Positions 8,298-17,659 of a stretch of DNA of 64,000 bases are shown piece by piece. Within the stretch, counting starts at the first letter, position 1, and each line of letters begins with the position of its first letter. This DNA is from a virus. The stretch lies in IMG/VR virus record IMGVR_UViG_3300026531_000002, positions 5,351-69,350 of that record. One strand, 5' to 3'. The notes beneath the pieces are model-generated. The model ran no database searches. It saw only the letters and a program-made list of their open reading frames with translations, and was not told the origin of the DNA. A program made the position numbers and the translations under genes.

Positions 8298-10982
8298 CTA
8301 AGAAAGTGTTGCCCAAGTGTCCCCATATTCTGGCTCTGCTTCCATAGGCAAGAAAACAGAAGCATTTTTATCAAAATAATCATCAAACTTTTCCATACTG
8401 TAACTTATTAAATTTCCTTGTAATTCAATATCACTATTACCTGAAACAACCCTTTTTAGGTATTCTCTATAATCTGGTGAAATCTCTTCTTTTAAATAAG
8501 CATAAACAGCATCATGTATAATATTAACTAAAACTGTGTCATATTTAAATGCAGGTGTGTTATAGTATAACCATTCCGTAGCATTAATAGTAGCTAATCC
8601 AGAACTTTGAATACTAAAATTCACAGCCACCCTTTCATCTTTACTGCTAATCCAGCTTAATTTACTCTTAAGATATGGCAACAGCACATAATGACTGCTG
8701 AAACGGCTTAAATAATAGTTAGCCTTTAAAGGTCTGTCACAGCCTGTTATATAAAAAATAGGGTGTGGTAACTCTAATTCTTGACTCTTAGCTTTTTCAA
8801 TAGTTTGCATATTATAATTATAAGTAGCTTTATAGGCTTCCCAATAGTTGTCATAAATAAATCTTTCATTCTTCTTAAAAGATTGTCTTTGTTTAAGATA
8901 GTTTAAAGAAAATGTATATCCCTTACTGTCTTGTCTTAATTTAGGGTACTTTTTCTTAATACTATTAATATCATCTTTAATAGCCTTAATATACTCAACA
9001 CTACCTACTTCCAAACCTTTTGTTTTATTCTCAATAGCTTCTTTCACATCTGGCATTTTGTCAGACCAATAAGAATAAGTATTGTAACAGTGACTATCAA
9101 TACCATATTTAGTAATAGCATAAAGAGCCTCATCTTGTGCTTCATTAATCCCTACACGGCTCTCTAATGCAGAATAGTCAGCCCCTACCATCATATAACC
9201 ATCAGGAGCTTTAAAAACATCTTTGATAGTCTTTCCATACTTGCTTCCAGATGGGATTGTTAATAAAGACACTACTCCAGAACTACTCAAACGGCGTGAT
9301 AAAGTTCCTGTTTGGTTGAATTGATTAAACACTTTATAGGTTCCTGCTCCTGTATGCACACAACCATCATTTAAGTTTGTAATATAAGTATTAAGAGCTT
9401 TTTTAAGGTCTTGAATATCTTTAATTTGTTGTATCAACTCTTTATCCTCTTCAGATACATTAGGATTTTCTAACCAAAATGCCAAAGTATCCTTATCAGT
9501 CTTTCTATCTTTATCTAATAAAGGTAAACCCATAACCTCATAATAAAGAGTTTGTTTATGATTAGGGCTAGCTATGTTGAATTTAATATGTTTAAAGTCA
9601 GCTATTGTTTTTTGTTTTTTGTGTTGGCGATTATATTTTTCCATAGCAGAAAACCTTAGCAGGATTTCAGCTTCAGCTATTTTTGGGTGTCCTATAACTT
9701 CCTTTTTCTTTTCTTCATCATAATACCCGATGAGAGCTTTCTCATCATCTTCAAGCATTTTTGGTAACTCTACTACAAGTCTTTCTAACTTTGCTTTATC
9801 CACTTCCATACCATTCAAAGCCATATAAGTTAGCACTTTAGATTGTCTAATCATACTTAAATAGGCTTTTCTTAGTTCGTTTTTTAAAGGGTGTTGTTTA
9901 AGAATATCTAATAACCAGTAATAAATTCTTTTAGTTGCTATTACATCTATATTATTATAAGTTGCAACCTCTCTAATATCAGCATTAATTAAGTCTGATT
10001 GGTCAATGTTCTCATCATACTCTCCAAACCACTTATAAGAAAGAGCTTTCAAAGAATTTGATGTTCTTTCTGTACTATTAAATACTAAGTAAGCTAAAAA
10101 TAAAGTATCCTCATAGTTTTGTTTTTGTGTTATTTCATAATACTTTGTGTGGTCTTCTGCATTATAAAAATTGCCTTTTAAATATAGATTATGTATTAAA
10201 AAAGGATTATCAAAGTTAGCCCAATTATGCCCTACTATTTTCTTACTTTCTTGATACTTTAAAAGAAACCTACTAACAACTTCTGAAATAGCTTCATCTC
10301 TCAAATCAAAACAATAAGCTGTTTCATCTTTTGTCCCAAAACTAATTGTAAGAAGCCCATCTTTATACCAATAAAGCCCTGTTGTTTCAATATCAACAAA
10401 CAAAATAGGCTCTTTAAATAACTTAGTCAGCACTTTTAAAGCTTCTGATTTAGTATTTATAAAGTTATCCTGTTCTGATTTTATCTTTTCAAAACCTTTT
10501 ACAAACCCTGTTTCAATTTGTCTATACACTTCTGTTTTATTCCCACCATTAAAACCTTTAAGGTTCTGTAAAAGCTGTTGTAACATTTTTAATTTATATG
10601 GTGTAGTGGTAATCTGATATGTATCAAAAATAGGCACAATATGTTTAGGACTATTTGTTATTTTTTTTACTAACTTACTTTGAGGCAGTAGCATACCAAC
10701 TGCTAAATCAGGCTTAGAAAGTGTTGTAAGAAACTTTAGCAGTGCCTTATCAGATGCTAAAATATACTCAATATCATATAAATCTTCTAGTTTAGCAATC
10801 TCTTTTAAAGCTCTCTCAACCTCGTCTTTTTTTATTGTGTTTTTTATAGGGATATCTACCCCTATAACACAAGACTCCTCTAAAATATCTTTGTATATAA
10901 CTAAATCAGAAGTTTTAAATTTATTCTCATTTACTAAAATTACATACTTAACAGCATCTGAATGATTAAATAATACTTCCAT
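8298..10982 (-). CDS. polA: Family A DNA polymerase with 3'-5' exonuclease
   Basis: DIETTG, GHN..FD, YNNID exonuclease motifs; TGTLSRRLSS; motif A ADYSALESR; motif B RQDSKGYTF; motif C IHDA. Confidence 0.93.
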   Translation of the reverse strand: MEVLFNHSDAVKYVILVNENKFKTSDLVIYKDILEESCVIGVDIPIKNTIKKDEVERALKEIAKLEDLYDIEYILASDKALLKFLTTLSKPDLAVGMLLPQSKLVKKITNSPKHIVPIFDTYQITTTPYKLKMLQQLLQNLKGFNGGNKTEVYRQIETGFVKGFEKIKSEQDNFINTKSEALKVLTKLFKEPILFVDIETTGLYWYKDGLLTISFGTKDETAYCFDLRDEAISEVVSRFLLKYQESKKIVGHNWANFDNPFLIHNLYLKGNFYNAEDHTKYYEITQKQNYEDTLFLAYLVFNSTERTSNSLKALSYKWFGEYDENIDQSDLINADIREVATYNNIDVIATKRIYYWLLDILKQHPLKNELRKAYLSMIRQSKVLTYMALNGMEVDKAKLERLVVELPKMLEDDEKALIGYYDEEKKKEVIGHPKIAEAEILLRFSAMEKYNRQHKKQKTIADFKHIKFNIASPNHKQTLYYEVMGLPLLDKDRKTDKDTLAFWLENPNVSEEDKELIQQIKDIQDLKKALNTYITNLNDGCVHTGAGTYKVFNQFNQTGTLSRRLSSSGVVSLLTIPSGSKYGKTIKDVFKAPDGYMMVGADYSALESRVGINEAQDEALYAITKYGIDSHCYNTYSYWSDKMPDVKEAIENKTKGLEVGSVEYIKAIKDDINSIKKKYPKLRQDSKGYTFSLNYLKQRQSFKKNERFIYDNYWEAYKATYNYNMQTIEKAKSQELELPHPIFYITGCDRPLKANYYLSRFSSHYVLLPYLKSKLSWISSKDERVAVNFSIQSSGLATINATEWLYYNTPAFKYDTVLVNIIHDAVYAYLKEEISPDYREYLKRVVSGNSDIELQGNLISYSMEKFDDYFDKNASVFLPMEAEPEYGDTWATLS

Positions 10983-11051
10983 AACTATCCTTTTTGTTAA
11001 AATAATAGAAAGGATAACAAAAAAAAACTTAAAAAGAGATTAAAAGAAAAG

Positions 11052-11075
11052 ACAACCCCCTAGTAGGGATTGTGT
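11052..11075 (-). terminator. Intrinsic terminator
   Basis: acaaccccctagtagggattgt stem followed by T-rich tract on the minus strand. Confidence 0.5.
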
Positions 11076-11079
11076 TATG

Positions 11080-12000
11080 TTAGTTAGTACCTAATTGAGT
11101 AGGGCAGATTTCCTCACCTAAAGCTAGAGCAAGATTTAAAGAGATGTCTTTATTAACCCAAATAAAAGAACTTACATATAATGAATGTCCATGGTCATCA
11201 TCATCAATAATAATTCCGTTAAAATAATTTGCACCAGAACTATCAGACTTAAAATAGTTAGCCGCATCTGAACCTGTGTATAAATCACCTGTATAATTAT
11301 CTTTAACTGCTAAAACTTTTTCTGATACCCTGCCACTCCCTGCTTGTTTTATATCTAATATAACTGTATACCATCTACCACTTTCTGCATTACTTCCTAT
11401 CTTATATTTGTAGTAATAGTTACTTGCAGATTCAGGGTTTCCAACTGCTACACAAAAATCATAGTCTTTATCAAAAGCACTATCTCCATAATAAAAATTA
11501 AAAATCATTTTACTATGGTTTGTAATTAAAGCATATGCGTTCTCTTTATTTGTTATTGGTCTATCAATGTAAGTATATTGATTAACTTTTAATAAAGGTA
11601 TAGGAGTGCCTTTGTAATTTTCGTCCCATGTTAGTTCATAATCTGCTTCACTATATGCTTGTACATCTGCAAAGTTTAAGTCTTCATAATCATTATTATC
11701 TTCGTTCCAGCGTCTAATCTTATCTTTGTCAGCAATCATAGGGGCTTGTGTTACAATATAAGGAAAATCATCACCAAAAGGAGTCTTTTTACCCCAATCA
11801 TACTTAGCTGCTATTACTTCCCCTCCTTTTGTTTCAAAAGTGTAGCTCTCCCTAAAATCAAAAACTGTTCCGTCACTTGTAGTAACTTTAAATAAACAAC
11901 TATTACCTACTACTTGAATATCTCTTCCTCTTTCATCACCATCTTTATCAGGAATTTGAAAGTACATATCACTATCTTTCCAGATTGTTATTTTATCCAT
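11080..12000 (-). CDS. Putative virion protein (beta-rich)
   Basis: Tyr/Asp-rich; preceded by CGAAA late-type box at 12028-12032. Confidence 0.45.
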   Translation of the reverse strand: MDKITIWKDSDMYFQIPDKDGDERGRDIQVVGNSCLFKVTTSDGTVFDFRESYTFETKGGEVIAAKYDWGKKTPFGDDFPYIVTQAPMIADKDKIRRWNEDNNDYEDLNFADVQAYSEADYELTWDENYKGTPIPLLKVNQYTYIDRPITNKENAYALITNHSKMIFNFYYGDSAFDKDYDFCVAVGNPESASNYYYKYKIGSNAESGRWYTVILDIKQAGSGRVSEKVLAVKDNYTGDLYTGSDAANYFKSDSSGANYFNGIIIDDDDHGHSLYVSSFIWVNKDISLNLALALGEEICPTQLGTN

Positions 12001-12034
12001 TGTTTAGTCCTTATTTTTTTTGGTTTGTTTCGTT

Positions 12035-13078
12035 TTATTCATCGTCTATATCCTCGTCATCTTCATCTTCAAACTCCTCTTCTTTAAACACTATCTTATA
12101 TTCTGTATCATCTTGATATAATGTAGTGTCCCAAACATCTTCATCAATTAAGTCATCACCTTGATAAACATCAAAAGGGTAGTCCTGACTTTCAAAATAA
12201 ATGTCCCCCTCATCAGCTAAAATATAAATAAACTTATCAGGGTCTTCTCCCATACCAAAAATAAATGTTTCCATATCAGGGTCAATACGGTCTCCATTAT
12301 TAGGATAAGTATTCCAAATATAGTGGTCAGTTCCGAGTTCAGCCCCTGCTCCTAATGTAATAGGGTTTGTATTAGCACCCCAAAACTCTTTGCCACCTTT
12401 AAAATAAACTTTAATAGGAGTTTCTGTTTCAAAGTGTGCAGTTCCTAAAGCCAATAAGTTCTTAATTGTAGGAGTTACATTTTCATCTATATTAACATAA
12501 GGATACTTTCCTATTGTTAAAGTTTTAGGACTATCTGTATTATTTAAAAAAGTTCTGTAAGACTTTAAATCAACAATCCCCTCACTTGTTGCTAAAACAT
12601 CAGGAGAGTTATTCACAATATAGCTACCATCTTTCTCATACTCATAAACCGCATAAGACTCTTTAATAGGTCTATTAAAGTTAATTTTTACAAAAGTTTC
12701 TAAGTTGTTAGGATTATCAATCACCACATTATCTATTTCATCATCTGTAATAGTTAATGTAACAGTCTCTTTAGACCCTTTACCCTCACTATCAAGTACT
12801 AATATATCAAGCTTATAAACATTATCTTTATTAGCATCTAAAGGGTATTCATAATCAAATTTGCGTATACCTTTAATTATGTTACTCCCCTCTTCAACCT
12901 TAAAAAATTGTTTATCTTCCCCCTCAATAATAATTGTATAAGGCTCTGTTCCACCCTCTATATCTAAATCTAAAATAATATCTGAATGTTCAGTAGTTGA
13001 AAAGGTAGTCCCCTTTAAAACAGGACAACCACCCCCACTACAACTACCGCCCATTCTAAATTGGAAATAGTGTATCAT
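12035..13078 (-). CDS. Cadherin-domain protein, probable virion decoration/adhesin
   Basis: EGEDKQFF...FDYEYPLDANKDNVYKLDILVLDSEG...VTLTITD bacterial cadherin-like repeat; late box upstream. Confidence 0.65.
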   Translation of the reverse strand: MIHYFQFRMGGSCSGGGCPVLKGTTFSTTEHSDIILDLDIEGGTEPYTIIIEGEDKQFFKVEEGSNIIKGIRKFDYEYPLDANKDNVYKLDILVLDSEGKGSKETVTLTITDDEIDNVVIDNPNNLETFVKINFNRPIKESYAVYEYEKDGSYIVNNSPDVLATSEGIVDLKSYRTFLNNTDSPKTLTIGKYPYVNIDENVTPTIKNLLALGTAHFETETPIKVYFKGGKEFWGANTNPITLGAGAELGTDHYIWNTYPNNGDRIDPDMETFIFGMGEDPDKFIYILADEGDIYFESQDYPFDVYQGDDLIDEDVWDTTLYQDDTEYKIVFKEEEFEDEDDEDIDDE

Positions 13079-13104
13079 AATACCCTCTCATTTTTTGTGG
13101 AGGG

Positions 13105-13109
13105 TATCG
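13105..13109 (-). promoter_or_regulatory. Late promoter box CGATA
   Basis: aaattttCGATAccctccacaaaaaa upstream of 13078. Confidence 0.65.
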
Positions 13110-13115
13110 AAAATT

Positions 13116-13928
13116 TCAGGGTTGCGGGTCTGTTTCTAAAGGTTTAATGTAAGGAATTTGGCTTGATTGGATATAAGAGTTATAGTTAATAGAGTTAATA
13201 GGCTTGTTAATCAAATCAGGATTATAAACACCTATTTGATAATCAATAAAATCAAGATATTCAAATCTATTTAAATTTACATACTTTCTAAAATCAAATA
13301 ACCTACTCTTAGTGGTTTTAGGCCTAGCAGGGTCAAAAAAATCATTTATAAACAGTTTCGTATCTAAACTAAACAACCAACTTTGTATTACACTTAAAGA
13401 AATAGTATTTACATCTGTTGTTTCATGCACTAAATAGCCTGTTAAATAAGTATCTCTTAAATTTAATTTTTCCAAATCTTGTTTAATATGTGGTAAATTT
13501 AGCCAATCTTGATTATCATTTGTAATATAAGCATTACCTAAATAATCTACATAAACATACACAAACATACCACCTTTAGGGGCTTCATATTGAAATGTAT
13601 GAACATTTGCTCTTATCTTTGTGTTAGGGATTACTATCTTTTCAGGTAAAGGTTTTCTTTTTAGAATACCGTTATTTATAATATCTTCAATATCCTTAAG
13701 TTCATCTTTTTGTATTCCAAATAACAACTGTGAAGCTTTTTTGTGGATATATGTCTTAGTCTCATTAAAATAATTAAGCATAATTTGCAGTCTAAGGAGT
13801 TTATCATTTAAAAGTTCGGGCTCGCTCCTAAGATTAGAAGTATCCACACCACTAAAAATAACAGGATTGAACCACACCTTAATAGGGTGTGTAAGTTCTT
13901 CTTTAGTGTTTTCCTCTAAAAAAATCAT
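13116..13928 (-). CDS. Hypothetical protein (possibly degenerate ligase-like fold)
   Basis: 270-aa ORF in a replication operon; see findings. Confidence 0.55.
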   Translation of the reverse strand: MIFLEENTKEELTHPIKVWFNPVIFSGVDTSNLRSEPELLNDKLLRLQIMLNYFNETKTYIHKKASQLLFGIQKDELKDIEDIINNGILKRKPLPEKIVIPNTKIRANVHTFQYEAPKGGMFVYVYVDYLGNAYITNDNQDWLNLPHIKQDLEKLNLRDTYLTGYLVHETTDVNTISLSVIQSWLFSLDTKLFINDFFDPARPKTTKSRLFDFRKYVNLNRFEYLDFIDYQIGVYNPDLINKPINSINYNSYIQSSQIPYIKPLETDPQP

Positions 13929-14164
13929 CTAGCCTCCTTAGTATTTGTGTTTAGTTTAAAATCATAAAAGGCTTTTAAAGCATCATCATCAAAGAAATCA
14001 TATTTAGATAACTTCCAAGTTCTTTTGTAAGTTTTCCTTTGTAATAAATTGTAAATAAAATTAGAATCCACTCCATATTTTTCTACTAAAGATGGGATTG
14101 TACTCCTGTTTGTGTAGAAATCTTCTATAATTTCTAAAACCGTTTCTTCTATCATGTTATTCAT
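13925..14164 (-). CDS. Small HTH DNA-binding protein
   Basis: TIPSLVEKYGVDSNFIYNLLQRKTYK is HTH-like. Confidence 0.55.
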   Translation of the reverse strand: MNNMIEETVLEIIEDFYTNRSTIPSLVEKYGVDSNFIYNLLQRKTYKRTWKLSKYDFFDDDALKAFYDFKLNTNTKEAR

Positions 14165-15069
14165 TATTTAGCTCCTTTCATATATGGTAAAAATTGATTA
14201 ATAACAAATTTATTAGGAATAAATCCAAATCTACTACACACCATAATCATATCATTTTTGTTTTTGAATTTTATTTGTGGTGTATTCATTTGCTCTTTTA
14301 ATGTTATTTGTTGTTTTTCATTTAAGTCTTTAAAATACATTCTTTTGAATAGTGTATAATTAAAGTCAAACATCTCCTTAGTATCTTTAAATCTTTCAGG
14401 CTGTCTCCCTACTTTATAGGCTTCATGTATATCTTCTTTCAGTTCCTCAATAGGGGCGTTAACATCAAAATACTTCATAAATGATTTTGCCCCAAACCCT
14501 CTAATACCTTGTACATTCTCTTTTGAGACACCTGTAAAAGCATCTATAACAGCTAACTTTTCAGGTTCAAAACCATACTCTTTAGTAAAATCTTTTTTAG
14601 TATATAATAAGTCTTTATTTGTATAATAAACATCAGCATTATCTTCTAAAAACTTAATCCAATCCTTGTCTTCTGTAATCATTGTAACATGATAATCCTC
14701 TTTGTCTTTTAACTTATCTGACACCACAGAAGCAATATCATCAGCCTCTAAACCATCTATTTTTAAAACCCTACCAAAATACTTAATTTGGTTTGGCAGT
14801 TCTTGTTGGTCTTTTCTAAACTGTTGAAATTTATCTAATTGAGATTTAGTTTGATACTTTTCTCTATTAGCTTTCCTCTGTGCTTTATACTCTTTAAAAA
14901 CTTCACTTCTCCAACTCTTAGAATCAAATAAGAAATACACTAAAGCATTTCTTTTATTTAATTTGTTAAGAGTAAATGAGATTGTTTCTAAGATAGATAA
15001 AAGAGGTCTGTTCCTACTAAAAGCTTTGTAGGTGTAAATAGAACTATCTACTAATATAATCTCTTTCAT
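14164..15069 (-). CDS. 5'-3' exonuclease / flap endonuclease (T5 D15-like)
   Basis: ILVDSS, WRSEVFKEYKAQR, GLEADDIA, TEDKDW, ENVQGIRGFGAK. Confidence 0.9.
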   Translation of the reverse strand: MKEIILVDSSIYTYKAFSRNRPLLSILETISFTLNKLNKRNALVYFLFDSKSWRSEVFKEYKAQRKANREKYQTKSQLDKFQQFRKDQQELPNQIKYFGRVLKIDGLEADDIASVVSDKLKDKEDYHVTMITEDKDWIKFLEDNADVYYTNKDLLYTKKDFTKEYGFEPEKLAVIDAFTGVSKENVQGIRGFGAKSFMKYFDVNAPIEELKEDIHEAYKVGRQPERFKDTKEMFDFNYTLFKRMYFKDLNEKQQITLKEQMNTPQIKFKNKNDMIMVCSRFGFIPNKFVINQFLPYMKGAK

Positions 15070-15146
15070 TTGTTACCCTTTCTGTTTTTAAGATTATACT
15101 AACAAATAGCTTAATAAGTGCTTATTTTGGAATAGTTTTTAGAAGA

Positions 15147-15170
15147 AAGAGGAGTTAAAACCTCCTCTTG
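15147..15170 (-). terminator. Intrinsic terminator
   Basis: aagaggag...ctcctctt stem downstream of the SSB-like gene. Confidence 0.6.
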
Positions 15171-15182
15171 TTTAAATGTAGA

Positions 15183-16025
15183 CTAGAACGGGATTTCATC
15201 TTCATCTATATCTACTTCAGGTACTTTATTAGTATCCGAACCATTAACAGTAGTGTCAGTAGATTGTTTAGGTTTTGGCTCAACAACTTCATCAGCATCT
15301 TTTAAAACACTATCAGCTACTTCTAATGCTTCATCAATTAAAGGTGAAAGTTCTTTTAGTAAGTCTAAAGATAATGGTTCAATCTTTTTAGCAACCATAA
15401 CCCAAATCATTGAACCAACACTATTTTTAACTTTTTCAGCCCCTAAAGTCACAAGGTCAGTTAAGATAATATCTTGCACTTTTTTACCTAGTTTCTCAAG
15501 GCTCTCTACAAATGCTGAATAAGACATATATGAGTGCGTAATAGCTCTAACTTCCCACTTACCAGATGGAAGCTTCAATAGCCAAATTTGAATTGCTTTC
15601 CAAGACATTTGTACGCCTTGCTGAACAAGCTCTGCAACAGTCTCTCCACTTTCAACTCTAGCTTTTGCTTTACTCATATACATATTGTTATAAATTGGTG
15701 TTCTATAACGAGGTTTTTGCCCAAATGGAACATACTCCTCATACCACACACCTTGTGCGACCAATACCCCATCTAATTCAGGAGCCGCCCAACCCTCTTC
15801 TTCAACTTTACCTTGTGCAATTTTCCAGTCTCCAATTAACCAACCTTTTCTGATGTCAGCAAAGTCTAAAAGAATATCATCTTTTTCTCTATTCACTTTA
15901 AAGTATTTTAATTTACTTCCGCTACCTCCAGCTGTTCCTGCTTTTTGTTTTGCAATTTTTGTAGCTAACTCTTCAGGATATCCTGCTTTTATTAAGTCAG
16001 CTTTAATATCTTCAAATCTTGACAT
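15183..16025 (-). CDS. Putative single-stranded DNA-binding protein
   Basis: Acidic tail ending DIDEDEIPF; located among replication genes. Confidence 0.6.
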   Translation of the reverse strand: MSRFEDIKADLIKAGYPEELATKIAKQKAGTAGGSGSKLKYFKVNREKDDILLDFADIRKGWLIGDWKIAQGKVEEEGWAAPELDGVLVAQGVWYEEYVPFGQKPRYRTPIYNNMYMSKAKARVESGETVAELVQQGVQMSWKAIQIWLLKLPSGKWEVRAITHSYMSYSAFVESLEKLGKKVQDIILTDLVTLGAEKVKNSVGSMIWVMVAKKIEPLSLDLLKELSPLIDEALEVADSVLKDADEVVEPKPKQSTDTTVNGSDTNKVPEVDIDEDEIPF

Positions 16026-16144
16026 TGTTTCTCCTTTTTTTTTATTTTGGCAACTTTGAAGTTACTCTGTAAGTATAGTATATTAAACCTTAAATAACCC
16101 TGAAATTAAAAATAAAACCGAAACAACACTTAAAAAGGTTGTAA

Positions 16145-17422
16145 ATGTTTAATACACAAGAGATTAATAAAATTGAACACTTCTTCTTTAATCACCTAAT
16201 TAAAACAGTAAATATCAAAGAAAGAAAAGATTACTTAGCAGATTTCTTTAAAGAAAACCCAAAACTAGCCTTTAAATTAAGACACTACGCAGAATTTTTA
16301 AACCCTGTTAGAGTTAGAACACAAAGATTAGGAGTTAAGTCTGCTATCTTTGCTAAAGAAATTGATACAGAAATTGAAACATTATACTTCAATAAATTCT
16401 TATATTACTATTTAACAGCTCCTCATAAAGTAACTGAATTAGGGCTGTATAAACATATCACACAAACTAAATACAATCTATTAGGCTTCCTAACTAGCAA
16501 GGAAATTAAGCAAGCAATTAGAAACCTTAAAAATTACAAAGTAACTATGACTAAAACAGAAGTATTAGGTTTATTCAAAGAACATATAGATAAAGATAGG
16601 GAAGAATTTGATAAAAACAAAATCAAAGTGTATAAAACAGAAGAGTTTTACCCAAATATACCTAAAATCACTATTGCTAATTTAAGAGTTCCTACTACAA
16701 GAAACCATTTATTCTTTTTTTATGTTGATAGCAAAGGCTTTACACACACTTCTTTAGATGGCAGGTTACATTATAGCTATATACAATATTTAAAAGATAA
16801 GATAAGATTAGGTAAAGTATTAATAGGGTTTGTAGAACACAAAGACTCTGATTTAATACACAATAGATTAGTTGAATTTAAACAGGTTCATAAAATCAAA
16901 AAAAGAGTTTTTAATCACATTTACCACCATATATGTCAAACAGATTTAAACCTACAATTTGAACTATTTAAAAAAGGAGAGCGAAATCACTGTGAATTTG
17001 AAGACTGTCCTAGAATAGATAGCTTTAACAATTTCTTAATAGTCCAATACTCAAACTTTAAACCTACTTATGTTAAAGCCGCTAAAAACAAAGAAACACA
17101 AGTAGCTAATTATTTTTACCAATTCAGTAGATTAGGGGTATTGCAAAAAAAATATGAAATAAAAGTTATGAAACCTAATCTAGTTGAAATAGAAGCCCCT
17201 CAAGGTTTTATCCATTACATAAAAGTAAAAATTAAAGGCAAAAATTATAAAGTAAAAATGAGAAGAAAAGCTATTGACTTGACACAAGAACAACTAAAAA
17301 ATTTAGATGTAGAAAAAACAAAAGCAAAATGTATTGTGATGAAAGATAAAGGAAAAATAAAAGGAGTTGAAATACTAGAGCTTGACCCTGTGTATAAAAA
17401 AGTAAAAGTTAGGGGATTATAG
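16145..17422 (+). CDS. Basic hypothetical protein (possibly degenerate ligase-like)
   Basis: 425-aa ORF on the opposite strand to its neighbours; CGAAA box at 16119-16123. Confidence 0.55.
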   Translation: MFNTQEINKIEHFFFNHLIKTVNIKERKDYLADFFKENPKLAFKLRHYAEFLNPVRVRTQRLGVKSAIFAKEIDTEIETLYFNKFLYYYLTAPHKVTELGLYKHITQTKYNLLGFLTSKEIKQAIRNLKNYKVTMTKTEVLGLFKEHIDKDREEFDKNKIKVYKTEEFYPNIPKITIANLRVPTTRNHLFFFYVDSKGFTHTSLDGRLHYSYIQYLKDKIRLGKVLIGFVEHKDSDLIHNRLVEFKQVHKIKKRVFNHIYHHICQTDLNLQFELFKKGERNHCEFEDCPRIDSFNNFLIVQYSNFKPTYVKAAKNKETQVANYFYQFSRLGVLQKKYEIKVMKPNLVEIEAPQGFIHYIKVKIKGKNYKVKMRRKAIDLTQEQLKNLDVEKTKAKCIVMKDKGKIKGVEILELDPVYKKVKVRGL

Positions 17423-17659
17423 CCCTAACTCATCAAGAAGCATTTTATTATGCCTCACAGCTTTCAAAACTCTGTGTATTCTTAATCTAAGCTCGTACAA
17501 ATCATTGTATGATTTAGTTTTAAGCTCATTAGCCATTAACTCATCAAGCTCTTTAGCCAGCACCTTACCAGCCTCATATTTAAATCTAATAGCCTCTTTG
17601 TAAGGTAAATCCGCAAACTCTTTAGGGTCTAACCCATATAAATATCTAGCATCAATCAT
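17417..17659 (-). CDS. Hypothetical protein
   Basis: ORF overlapping the sigma-factor stop. Confidence 0.55.
   Translation of the reverse strand: MIDARYLYGLDPKEFADLPYKEAIRFKYEAGKVLAKELDELMANELKTKSYNDLYELRLRIHRVLKAVRHNKMLLDELGL

Noticed and set aside
16145-17422. TnpB/TldR partner for the omega-RNA (similar size, basic)
   Set aside because: No RuvC-I GxDxG motif, no CxxC zinc finger and no D.NAA.N C-terminal motif
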